IMG/VR virus record: IMGVR_UViG_2703718815_000003
Origin: a virus
Lineage: Duplodnaviria; Heunggongvirae; Uroviricota; Caudoviricetes
Length of the DNA stretch: 64,000 nt
Strand: one strand, 5' to 3'
Shown here: piece after piece, positions 29,839-38,677 of the stretch
Layout: every line of letters starts with the position of its first letter
Position numbering within the stretch: position 1 is the first letter of the stretch
Program-made: the position numbers and the translations under genes
Notes under the pieces: model-generated
What the model saw: the letters and a program-made list of their open reading frames with translations, nothing else
Told to the model about the DNA's origin: nothing
Databases searched by the model: none

Positions 29839-30453
29839 TTGGATTATCATGATATGAAAATGAAACTTTCGTTACTCCTTGCTTGTATATACCTCCCGGC
29901 GTTTTCCGCCAACGCATTATCAGATTTCGTCTATGACATGCAAAAAACGTACAGCATGTTTACCTCCGAAGACGTAGTAGAATACAAATCACGAGGTCTG
30001 AATCAGCCAGTTTGGTTCAGATTCTCAGACAACGCAGAAGAAACAATACTTAATGGAGGAAAAGAAAGATTACGGTTGCAAATTAACGGGACCGCTGTAC
30101 CAGAAAACGTTAATGTAAGCTCTGACGAAGCCATGAAGCCATCTGGAATTGTTTTAGAAGTTCAAGACGGCACACTTTACTGTGATGAAATGGCTACAAC
30201 AGGTTGCCAAGTAAACATTAGGGTTGGCAATGAAGAGCCTATCGTTACTTACGCCAAGGCTGAAGGGAATACAAGTGGAAAGGTATTGTTTATCGATGAA
30301 AATATCTCAAAACGTATCGTTCGTGACATACAGAAAACAGCTAACTCTAAATCCGTCGATAAAAAAATCTATGTTGAGGTTCCCTTCTTTGTCGTTGGTA
30401 ACAAAGAATTTAAATTTGGGTTGCTGAAAACACCTCTAAGAGTATCAGAATGA
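29839..30453 (+). CDS. predicted secreted protein
   Basis: N-terminal signal-peptide-like MKMKLSLLLACIYLPAFSANA; exact start uncertain (ATGs at 29839, 29854, 29860). Confidence 0.5.
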   Translation: MDYHDMKMKLSLLLACIYLPAFSANALSDFVYDMQKTYSMFTSEDVVEYKSRGLNQPVWFRFSDNAEETILNGGKERLRLQINGTAVPENVNVSSDEAMKPSGIVLEVQDGTLYCDEMATTGCQVNIRVGNEEPIVTYAKAEGNTSGKVLFIDENISKRIVRDIQKTANSKSVDKKIYVEVPFFVVGNKEFKFGLLKTPLRVSE

Positions 30454-30974
30454 GAACATTGGACATCACCTACGGCATACCGGCTGAAGTCTGGCCGCGA
30501 GACTACGAACATGCTGAGAACATACTTATGTTCTGGCGGAAGAACAACATTCCTGTAAGAGTCACGCTTGAAGACGGTCAGGTGTTTTGCATGTACGTTC
30601 AGGGGACAATGCCTTCACGCAATAAGCTAGATTTATGCCCGATTCCATATGATAAAGAAAATCGTATAAGACTCCCACTTGAGCGCATTAGCACAATTGA
30701 ATCAGGTGTAATCGATGGCATTGCTCGCGAGTTCAAAGGTAGGCTAACAATACATCCAGACTATGTTGACAATCAGCCATCACGCCGTGACTTTTTTGCG
30801 ATATGTCGCAAGGCTTATCAAAACGACCAATCTATAAGGGTCTACATGACAGACGGTCGTGAAATAGAAGGGGTGTCAAGAGGCGTTGATGCTTGCCAGG
30901 TCACTCTTAAGTTAGAAGACGGCAGAAAAATACTTGTTTTCTTCGATTGGGTTGAACGAATCCTTCCATTTTAA
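30450..30974 (+). CDS. hypothetical protein
   Basis: 174-aa ORF overlapping previous stop. Confidence 0.5.
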   Translation: MRTLDITYGIPAEVWPRDYEHAENILMFWRKNNIPVRVTLEDGQVFCMYVQGTMPSRNKLDLCPIPYDKENRIRLPLERISTIESGVIDGIAREFKGRLTIHPDYVDNQPSRRDFFAICRKAYQNDQSIRVYMTDGREIEGVSRGVDACQVTLKLEDGRKILVFFDWVERILPF

Positions 30975-31165
30975 ATCTATAAGGGTAATAACCGGCTAAG
31001 TCCGGTTATTATTTTACATGCCATTCATTTAAAACTCTTTCAATGCCACCCCGTATAAATATATAAGGTTAAAGGCCCGAATTGATTATTTATTTAGGGA
31101 ACACCTTCGACGATCTCGCTTTTATTTCTAGGACTTTCATCCCTGCAGAAAATTTAAAAAAACAC

Positions 31166-31194
31166 TTGCAATCTTTTTTCACGTATTGATAATT
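31166..31194 (+). promoter_or_regulatory. sigma70-like promoter
   Basis: TTGCAA - 17 nt - ATAATT upstream of the 31269 gene. Confidence 0.4.
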
Positions 31195-31268
31195 GAACTC
31201 GTCGAAAGCGAGCTGGCTAACGACAGTAAAAAATAAATTCATTTTAATTTTTCGTAAGGATGTCCATC

Positions 31269-31919
31269 ATGGCTAACATTATCATTTCTAAAAAGTCCAT
31301 CATTGAAGCTGCTGCCATTGTATCCGACGAGCTGCGCGAAAAAGCAGATCTGGCAACTCAAACATATAACGAACATTATAAAAATGGTACGCACACAAAA
31401 GCAGACAAAGCAAATATGCAAGCTGCAACCACCAAACTTGCTTACTTCATCAACAACGTCGTAAACGCAGTAGAAGACGAAAAATTATGCTCTGTTTTCT
31501 ACTATGCGATCAAAGCAAGTAAACAAGCGCCAGAAGTATTTTTCCGTGATGCAATGACTAATAGTTATTCACTGGAAAAACTGGTTTATCTGGTTAAATC
31601 CATTAAAGCTGGTAAATGTGTTTATTCCGTCGCTGATATGTCAGGATCTCGTGTGTTCGCTTTAATCGATATGATTAACGACGAGATCGACACGTTCACC
31701 AATGGCGCTGTTTTCGATTTAATGAATGAAGCTAAAAAAGCGTGCGAAATTAAATTGGACGCTGGCTATACTCAAGCCAACCAGCTTATCAATCTTTGCG
31801 AACGTCTTGGACTTGTTGAGAAAGTCAAAGGAATGGGAAGCGCAAAAGCTGGTACGCAGCAATATCGCTTTATTAAAAATGATTTCTATAACTATCTGGC
31901 TGATGCTTTCAAAGCGTAA
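31269..31919 (+). CDS. hypothetical protein
   Basis: AAGGA 8 nt upstream of ATG 31269; 216 aa. Confidence 0.55.
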   Translation: MANIIISKKSIIEAAAIVSDELREKADLATQTYNEHYKNGTHTKADKANMQAATTKLAYFINNVVNAVEDEKLCSVFYYAIKASKQAPEVFFRDAMTNSYSLEKLVYLVKSIKAGKCVYSVADMSGSRVFALIDMINDEIDTFTNGAVFDLMNEAKKACEIKLDAGYTQANQLINLCERLGLVEKVKGMGSAKAGTQQYRFIKNDFYNYLADAFKA

Positions 31920-31932
31920 TTAATGGAATCTG

Positions 31933-31953
31933 GCGCCCACTATGGGCGCTTTT
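31933..31953 (+). terminator. intrinsic terminator (GCGCCCA cta TGGGCGC + TTTT)
   Basis: Perfect 7-bp GC stem followed by T-run. Confidence 0.6.
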
Positions 31954-31966
31954 AAGGAGCTTAATC

Positions 31967-32197
31967 ATGTTTATTCTTATCGCTGGCGTTAACGTGCGCA
32001 ATGAATATTTTGTTAATCGCATCGCTGGGATCGCTGGTTACGCTGGGCGCGCAGTCGAGCTTATAGATGAAACGACGCGCAAAATTGACTTATTGAGCGA
32101 CCAGGAGCGAAAAAAAGCAGACGTGAATGACGCTGATATATTTTTAATGTTAAAAGCGTTTGTAGAAATGGGATTTGAAATCAGTTTACATAAATAA
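31967..32197 (+). CDS. hypothetical small protein
   Basis: AAGGAG 7 nt upstream; 76 aa; bracketed by two identical terminator hairpins. Confidence 0.5.
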   Translation: MFILIAGVNVRNEYFVNRIAGIAGYAGRAVELIDETTRKIDLLSDQERKKADVNDADIFLMLKAFVEMGFEISLHK

Positions 32198-32203
32198 AAT
32201 CGA

Positions 32204-32226
32204 GCGCCCACTATGGGCGCTTTTTT
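32204..32226 (+). terminator. intrinsic terminator, same hairpin as 31933
   Basis: GCGCCCA cta TGGGCGC + TTTTTT. Confidence 0.6.
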
Positions 32227-32229
32227 CGT

Positions 32230-32680
32230 TTCCAATACTCCCACCATAACGCGCCATCATTAGCGCGTTTTTTATTGTCTTTGACTCACACCAACAACAT
32301 AAAAATAAGCGCCAAAATAACGCCATAGACGCGCTTTTATATCCTTACCAGTACATACCCATTACTTAGCGCATTAACGCGCTTAAATCGCGTTATATTG
32401 CGTTATGGTGTATGGTTAATCATTGGTTTTTATTCTTGCTATGTGATCCGCGTTTAATTGTCGGCGCGGATCGGCATTTTGTTTTGTTCCGTATCCGCTC
32501 GCGTATTATGTGCGCGTGATTTTTCACATAATCACACCACTTAATCACATATGTGATTACGCTACGAAAGAAATCTGGATGTCTCAGGCGACGAAAGTCA
32601 TCATAATTTTCCCCGCTCACCTGTCCGACAACCGCTGGTTGGATTCCACCAGCTTCCCGATGTTTTTTCTATATAAAGGC
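32230..32680. other. structured non-coding region with multiple GCGC-based hairpins and palindrome atcacatatgtgat
   Basis: No convincing ORF; several short inverted repeats (aacgcgcc..gcgcgtt, gatccgcg..cgcggatc). Confidence 0.4.
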
Positions 32681-32810
32681 GAATGCAGCCGTTTCCCGAA
32701 AAAATCCTGGCCGTTTCCCGTCGGCTCATGAATGCGTTCCTCGCCGTTTCTGAAAATTTCCCTGCGGCAGCTGGTGGCTATAGAGAAAGGGCCGTTTCTG
32801 GCCCTCTTCT
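32680..32810. repeat. iteron-like direct repeats, cluster 1 (core GCCGTTTCC/GCCGTTTCT)
   Basis: At least 4 copies: cagccgtttcccgaaaaa, ggccgtttcccgtcgg, cgccgtttctgaaaat, ggccgtttctggcc. Confidence 0.5.
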
Positions 32811-32813
32811 CAG

Positions 32814-33296
32814 TTACACGCCATCAAGGATGTGGATGCGGTTGCTTGCGTATACATTCAGCATAAAGTTAGCGCAAAACAGTTTCCATGTGTCAACGCC
32901 AGCGGTATACGTAATGTTTTTGCATTTAATCGCATTGTTGGCGATCCGCATCCCCTGCGATACTGCTTCATCGTCGGAAAATTTGAACGACGATTGAGTT
33001 TTAATCCAGACAGAAATCTGCGTAGCGAACTCAATCAGCTTGGACTGGCAGAATCGCCCGGAGCGCACCGGAAAGACGAACGTTCCGAACCCAGAATTTA
33101 CCACATACGCTTTCTCAAATACCCGCGAGTAACGACGATTGCCAATGATGTCGCGTGCAATAATGCATTTTTCTTGTGCTGACAGTTCTACCGTCTCATT
33201 GTCGCGCCATGCACCAAGTACTCGTTTTTCAATGTCAGAGAACGTTACAGCGATATTGCCATGTGCGGGTGCGTTTACAGTAGCGATAAAATTCAT
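32814..33296 (-). CDS. hypothetical protein
   Basis: 160 aa; ATG preceded by early promoter/operator motif and AGGA. Confidence 0.5.
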   Translation of the reverse strand: MNFIATVNAPAHGNIAVTFSDIEKRVLGAWRDNETVELSAQEKCIIARDIIGNRRYSRVFEKAYVVNSGFGTFVFPVRSGRFCQSKLIEFATQISVWIKTQSSFKFSDDEAVSQGMRIANNAIKCKNITYTAGVDTWKLFCANFMLNVYASNRIHILDGV

Positions 33297-33302
33297 GATT
33301 AA

Positions 33303-33345
33303 TTCCTTATCGTAAATAACAAATTGTTTTCTTGTTGGTGTTAAT
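33303..33345 (-). promoter_or_regulatory. early promoter/operator motif (GATAAT..CACCAAC.AGAAAACAA.TTGTT)
   Basis: Minus-sense cgataattaacaccaacaagaaaacaatttgttatt about 20 nt upstream of ATG. Confidence 0.45.
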
Positions 33346-33500
33346 TATCGTTGTACGAATAAGGCGTCAAAGTGGAAAGTTGCGGTAGCCGGACGGGAAC
33401 AGGTGGGTTTGTCGGTTGCCTGGAGGTAAGAGGTTGGTGTTTTTAGCCTGCGGGAAACAGGATGGTCATTTAAGGCCACCAGCATTGGTGGCCTTAATCT

Positions 33501-33782
33501 TTAGTGGAGCAGACCGATGTCGATGGTATCCCCTGAATCATCCACACGGATCATCAGCATGGCAAAGGCGTTTAGTGGATAGCTTGCGTGCCATTCAGGG
33601 AAGCGGTCATCTCGCATGAAGTCGGCAATGTCGTAAACGCATCCCTCAAAGTGGAAGAATCGCGTGCTTACCTGCTCGTCATAATCCACATGATCCATTT
33701 CTTGCTGTTCTGTTTCCGGCAAGTCCAGCCATGATTCAAGGAATACATTTTGTGCTTTAGGGGTAATGGTGAAATCAGTCAT
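33501..33782 (-). CDS. hypothetical acidic protein
   Basis: Start set to ATG 33780-33782 with GAGGA upstream; motif copy upstream at about 33795-33835. Confidence 0.5.
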   Translation of the reverse strand: MTDFTITPKAQNVFLESWLDLPETEQQEMDHVDYDEQVSTRFFHFEGCVYDIADFMRDDRFPEWHASYPLNAFAMLMIRVDDSGDTIDIGLLH

Positions 33783-34117
33783 GAGCATATCCTCACTGCG
33801 TAAACATATTGTTTTCTTGTTGGTGTAATTATCGCAGTGTAGATAAGGCATAAAAGAAGTTAATACAGGCTGAATACACAAGAAAGGTTCTGGAAGTTGA
33901 TAGCCAGGTTTCAAACTAACCTTCGGTTATTAAAAGTCATTTAAGACCACCAATGCTGGTGGCCTTAATAATTATCGCCCGATTACGCTAAGGATCTTTT
34001 CCTCAACTGATTTGTTGTTGCGACTAAACTGCCTTGCGTATCTGATGACAGAAGAGGCGTTTCGCTTTCTGACCATCTCGGCTCTCTCCTTCAGGCGTTT
34101 CTTGAAATCGCCCATAT

Positions 34118-34492
34118 TTACCACCAGGCGCAGAAGGTCAGTCTGTTATTGTGAAAGTCGTGGTTCTTAATCAGATCTTCCACAAGCTCTTTCAACTCCC
34201 CCACATCATGCCAGTAACCTTCATCGTACTCCTGACTGCCGAAGAAAAAACCTTCCCGGGTAGGCAAGTACTCTTCGCAATTACTTTCGTTTATGTGCAT
34301 CAAATGAGCCTTCAGAAAACAAATGTCATTCATCGTTAATTCTAAAAGCTCACAATTTTCGACTTCACCTACGTTGCGCTCCATCCACCCAACGAGCGCA
34401 TTGAACTTACGGAAGTAAGCAACCTGCTTTCTGGATGCCTCGTTATTCAGATCGTTTTTAGGCTGTGTCTCGATATAGATATCAAGTCCCAT
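34118..34492 (-). CDS. hypothetical protein
   Basis: Start ATG 34490-34492 with AAGGA upstream. Confidence 0.5.
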   Translation of the reverse strand: MGLDIYIETQPKNDLNNEASRKQVAYFRKFNALVGWMERNVGEVENCELLELTMNDICFLKAHLMHINESNCEEYLPTREGFFFGSQEYDEGYWHDVGELKELVEDLIKNHDFHNNRLTFCAWW

Positions 34493-34609
34493 GATGGTTT
34501 CCTTATTAAGTTGCTTCAGTGAAATCATTTTCACAAATCAGATAAGGCAGAAAACAAATTGTTATCGGGCATAAGAAAATGGCGCGGTTTACGCGCCATT
34601 CAAAGAGGA

Positions 34610-35005
34610 TTAAGCGAATACGCTTTCAGGGATTAAGGTGTCAGCAGGAATGCCAGAGGTAATGCGCAGGCCGTACTGACCAATCCAGGTAGTGTTGGTA
34701 TTCAGGTTGGAGGCGAATACGGTGTTAACCATATTCATCATGGTTTCAAACACCTCTTCATCAACCTGGCGGAAGTAGTTCTCGATTTTCAGCAGCAGCG
34801 GGTCAGTTGCATCGAGAATGGACTGGTATTGAGTCGCGTACTCGCCGCCGGAGGCATCACCTTTACGCACGATCGTACTGGCCTGGACTTCGGCACCAGT
34901 TTCGGTGTTGTGCGTAACAACGGTGATTTTTGCCACATTCTTACCTTCGGCGGTTTCAGAGGCATAGTAAACATCAACTGTCAGTTTTTCGCGTTTAACG
35001 GTCAT
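34610..35005 (-). CDS. hypothetical protein
   Basis: Start ATG 35003-35005 with GGAGAG upstream; 131 aa. Confidence 0.5.
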   Translation of the reverse strand: MTVKREKLTVDVYYASETAEGKNVAKITVVTHNTETGAEVQASTIVRKGDASGGEYATQYQSILDATDPLLLKIENYFRQVDEEVFETMMNMVNTVFASNLNTNTTWIGQYGLRITSGIPADTLIPESVFA

Positions 35006-35131
35006 TTCACTCTCCGTAGTGTTTTGGTTATTTTTATATTCTATGATAGTAAGTATGTACTTACAATACAAAAAAGCCCCGTAAGGATGGCGGGGCTGTC
35101 GTACTGTCGACTAATTGCCACTTGCACATTA

Positions 35132-35443
35132 TCAGGCTATTGCCATCACTGATGCTCTCTGAATCTCTTGCTGGGCCACGCGGTTAACTTCCATCAAAGC
35201 CAGTTCGAGCTGATGTTCCGGCCACATTCTTTGAAATGCCACCCAGCCTTTTCCACGCTGGCGACGAACATTCATTACATAACGAGTAAAGGTGTTTTTA
35301 TCGAAAGATACCGCTGTTTCACGGAACAGACGAATAGAGGTTCCATTGGCAACGATGTCCAGCAAAGTTAATTGAGCAACCAGCGCAGGCTTCTCTTTTC
35401 TCTTCTGGTCTTTGTCCAGACCAAGAACCAATGATTTTTTCAT
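35132..35443 (-). CDS. hypothetical basic protein
   Basis: Start ATG at 35443 downstream of motif gagaaaacaagttgtttacggag. Confidence 0.5.
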   Translation of the reverse strand: MKKSLVLGLDKDQKRKEKPALVAQLTLLDIVANGTSIRLFRETAVSFDKNTFTRYVMNVRRQRGKGWVAFQRMWPEHQLELALMEVNRVAQQEIQRASVMAIA

Positions 35444-35596
35444 TACAACTCCGTAAACAACTTGTTTTCTCAATGGCGTAAATAATACCAGTAAGAAAAC
35501 GGCTACAAAGCATATTGATCAGGCGCATGAGCGATATGCAGGTTCTTCCCTGCGGCTATAGAGAAATTAAGCCAGCAATGCTGGCTTTGGTTGGGG

Positions 35597-35926
35597 TTAC
35601 TCGAATACTTCAAGAAACTCCTGAACGTCCCAATGCTGGACGAGGTGAAGATAGACCTTAGAAATCACGTCATTTTCGCTATCGCATGTGAAGTAGTACT
35701 TCTGGCTGCGGTTGTATGTGTCCACACAAAATTCGCTCATATCCATAAAGTCAGCATCTTCACCCATGTCGCAAATCATCAAAGCAGGTGCGTCATCACG
35801 AGTCATCAGCTCAAGCACCCACCGCGAATTGATCAGAGTGGAAGACCAACCTTCTAACTCATAAAACTGATCAAACTCTTTTTGAGTTAATTTCTTGATT
35901 TGGTTGATGTCGATATTTGCAAACAT
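35597..35926 (-). CDS. hypothetical acidic protein
   Basis: ATG 35924-35926 with AAGGA; motif aacaagttgttt immediately upstream (track start is TTG). Confidence 0.5.
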   Translation of the reverse strand: MFANIDINQIKKLTQKEFDQFYELEGWSSTLINSRWVLELMTRDDAPALMICDMGEDADFMDMSEFCVDTYNRSQKYYFTCDSENDVISKVYLHLVQHWDVQEFLEVFE

Positions 35927-36279
35927 AAAGCAATCCTTAAACAACTTGTTTTCTCGTTGGTGTTATTATCGCAATAACGCACAGGCGAAAAAGGATTTTA
36001 TTCCGGTGAATGTTGTTTTGGCAGTGAGTTTTCAGGTTCAGTATCGAGTACACTTTTTACATTATTCTGATTTAGTGGCCGAAGGTGGCTGGTGGCAGAG
36101 TAATCCTCTCCCCAAAAACCTACTGAAATCGATTGTGCCCCGTTGGCTGTCTGGCACAATTACGCTGTAGCTGGGCATTCAGAGGGAATCCAGCGGTAAG
36201 CAAGTCCGCCTACGTGAGCGCCTCTCTTCTTCCCGCACATTACAGGTGGGTAGCCGCAACTCTCCCTCTCGCTATACCG

Positions 36280-36430
36280 GTACGCCGCCGTTCCTGAACC
36301 GGCATCGAGCCTTCTCCCGAAATCCACACAGGCAACTCGACCGTTTCCCTGAAAACCTCCAGCCGTTCCCCGAAGGCAACCCAGCCGTTTCTGTAGCGGG
36401 ATGCAACCTTTTCCCTGTATGGACCGAAGG
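36280..36430. repeat. iteron-like direct repeats, cluster 2
   Basis: gccgttcctgaacc, gaccgtttccctgaaaa, agccgttccccgaagg, agccgtttctgtagc, aaccttttccctg. Confidence 0.5.
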
Positions 36431-36599
36431 CTGACCGTAGGGGTTTTACGGGGGATAAAATCAGGAGTTGAATAAATACGAAAAAGGAGGCGACACCCCT
36501 CCTTCCCTCCCCACTTATACATACCTGGCTTCTTCGCTATACATGTTGTGTTTTATCTGTCTCAACCTCTCTATAGGCGTTAATGCTCACTCCTTCCAG

Positions 36600-37330
36600 A
36601 ATGTTCTATACGGCGACTATTTCTGTTGGTGAATTGGGTGTGTTGTTCTCTCTGTCGGTGTATGTGGTTTCGTTCGTTTTGCGGTGGTTCTTCTATGGGG
36701 TGTTCTCGTCGTTTTGGTGATTGTTCTTCTCCGTGTATGGAGTAATGGCAGGTGGGCGATTCCTTTCGTTGTTGTGTTTGAGTTGTTTGTCTGGAGTGTG
36801 TGAAAGGCTTTTGTAGTTATTCGTGTATTGGGTAATGGCATTTCCCGTGATTGTTATGTTTCGTGTCTTTTGGGATTGAGAGAATCCTTGCGGTTACAGG
36901 CTTCGTTGGGGTTTCAGTGATTCTGGTGTTTCTTCGCTGTTTGGGGAATGGCGTGTCGTGGGTATCGCGCGTATGAATGTTTTCGGATTGCCTGTGAAAG
37001 TTAGGTTGGTTGTCCGGTAGCCTGGGGAGAAGAGGTGGGTTGTTTTTGGAAATGGCATGTGTGTTATTTAGTTGTTTTGTTATGCCTGAAAATAAGTTGT
37101 TTATATGGTTGTGTAACGCAACGGGAGCGATTTTGAGCGTGTGTTTTTGTTGGTAGTGTGTTGGGTCGTCTGTGGTGAAAATTGGACGCTGTGGCGCTGT
37201 CTGCTGCGTAGAGTTGCGGGTATAAGAAGTGATGTGTGAAAACGTCAATTTTTTAGACCAAATCGGGTGAAAGCGTTGACGTTTCGTTGATCTGTTATTT
37301 AGTTGTTTTCTTATTTGTATAAACAACCAT
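36600..37330. repeat. GT-skewed (plus strand) degenerate tandem repeat tract, unit about 90-100 bp
   Basis: Plus strand almost entirely G+T; units end in g(a/g)gtaATGGCA / ggaaATGGCA at about 36743, 36833, 36943, 37043. Confidence 0.5.
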
Positions 37331-37436
37331 AACCTATTGATATTTAAGGGTATGATTGCAGGTATGGAAGGGGAGTAGTGGCGATCAACGGATTCTTATA
37401 GAAAAGAATCAAATTGTGACCGCCATTATCAATGTT

Positions 37437-38171
37437 TTACATAGTTTTGTTTAGCAGAGAGAGAATTTCATCACTAATTTCACTCGCCTGTTTGATAGCC
37501 AATGCAGTTACCTCTTCTATGGTTGGTGACTGTTGATGCTCATGTTTGGTTTCAGTTATGACAATGTGTTCTTCACCTGAATTTGCGCATAGTGCCGCAT
37601 TGACGATAAGGTTTGAGTAAGAATTTAGCAGAGCACTGTTGATGAACGCTTTCACGGTATTACTGTCTGCACCAAATACATCTTTTCTGACCGCTTCAGC
37701 CTCACAGCGAACCCCTGCAGCAACATCGTGAAGAACATGTATGGCCTTGGAGCTTGTTTGTTCACAGTACTCAATCATTATTGTCGAATTGTTCTGTTCA
37801 ACAAACGATCTGATGCCTGACGATTCACCCATAGCATCGAAGGCAGCATGACCCGCACTGGTAGAGATATCTTCATAGAGTTCTTCATCGCTATCTTTTT
37901 CTTCAGGTGTCGAGGTGTCTTCATCGTCGTAATAGATATTGCCTTTAATCAGTGTCTTGGACACTTGATATAAACAATAAGAAACGAGATTTAAGCATTG
38001 GATTTTAGCTGTATTGTCCTTTGTCGCCTCGCTCTTCAGTTCTTTCGCTTCTTCAGTAAGGCTGTTGATAAGACTTTGTATTTTTTCCAACGCGTTAGGC
38101 GCACACTCCGCGTTGTCCATAAAGAATTTATAACCAGTCCCAGGGATTTCTAAACTTTTCAACTTTTTCAT
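37437..38171 (-). CDS. hypothetical protein
   Basis: 244-aa ORF. Confidence 0.5.
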   Translation of the reverse strand: MKKLKSLEIPGTGYKFFMDNAECAPNALEKIQSLINSLTEEAKELKSEATKDNTAKIQCLNLVSYCLYQVSKTLIKGNIYYDDEDTSTPEEKDSDEELYEDISTSAGHAAFDAMGESSGIRSFVEQNNSTIMIEYCEQTSSKAIHVLHDVAAGVRCEAEAVRKDVFGADSNTVKAFINSALLNSYSNLIVNAALCANSGEEHIVITETKHEHQQSPTIEEVTALAIKQASEISDEILSLLNKTM

Positions 38172-38216
38172 TTCTTTGATAATCCTAAAAACAAACTACC
38201 AATGCTTTAATATCTG

Positions 38217-38516
38217 TTACCAGTTCCAGCACTCAAGCCCTTCAACGACCGGCGCACCACAATCAAAATGTACAGAGTCAAAGCCTACATCAAGTACTTT
38301 CTGAATGTTAGCAATCGCGCCTTCGGATATACCATATCGACGCAAGTCGTCTTTCCAGACATCATTCTGTAACCCGGCGTGAACAATACAACCGCCATCA
38401 ATTTGTGAAACCCAATCCAGCTCATTGCTTGCGATCATGAATCGGCGAGCATCTTCCTCTGATGTATGAGATGAACTGATCAATGCCACCTGGTAGGCTT
38501 GGGTAATGTTCAACAT
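38217..38516 (-). CDS. hypothetical protein
   Basis: 99-aa ORF; two copies of early motif upstream/downstream (38520-38600). Confidence 0.5.
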   Translation of the reverse strand: MLNITQAYQVALISSSHTSEEDARRFMIASNELDWVSQIDGGCIVHAGLQNDVWKDDLRRYGISEGAIANIQKVLDVGFDSVHFDCGAPVVEGLECWNW

Positions 38517-38677
38517 TTCAACTACTCCAAAACAAGTTGTTTTCTTATGTGGCTTATTATCTCAATCAACAAAAGGTAGAAAACAAATTGTTTTAGGGCT
38601 TGTGTAAATCAGGAGGGATTGTGTCTATATGAAAATGCCCAGCGTGTTGCCGGGCATTGTGAAAAATGGTTGTTTAG

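Noticed and set aside
32420-32997. Short ORFs across the hairpin/iteron region
   Set aside because: They overlap the structured repeats and have no RBS or coding-like composition; the region is treated as non-coding.
36160-37326. ORFs 36160-36522, 36617-36841 and 36817-37326 on the minus strand
   Set aside because: They span the iteron cluster and the GT-skewed repeat tract; translations are low-complexity (Thr/Pro/His/Lys-rich) with no RBS.
32680-37330. CRISPR array
   Set aside because: Repeats are degenerate, variably spaced and lack uniform spacers; no cas genes; interpreted as iterons or a degenerate tandem repeat instead.
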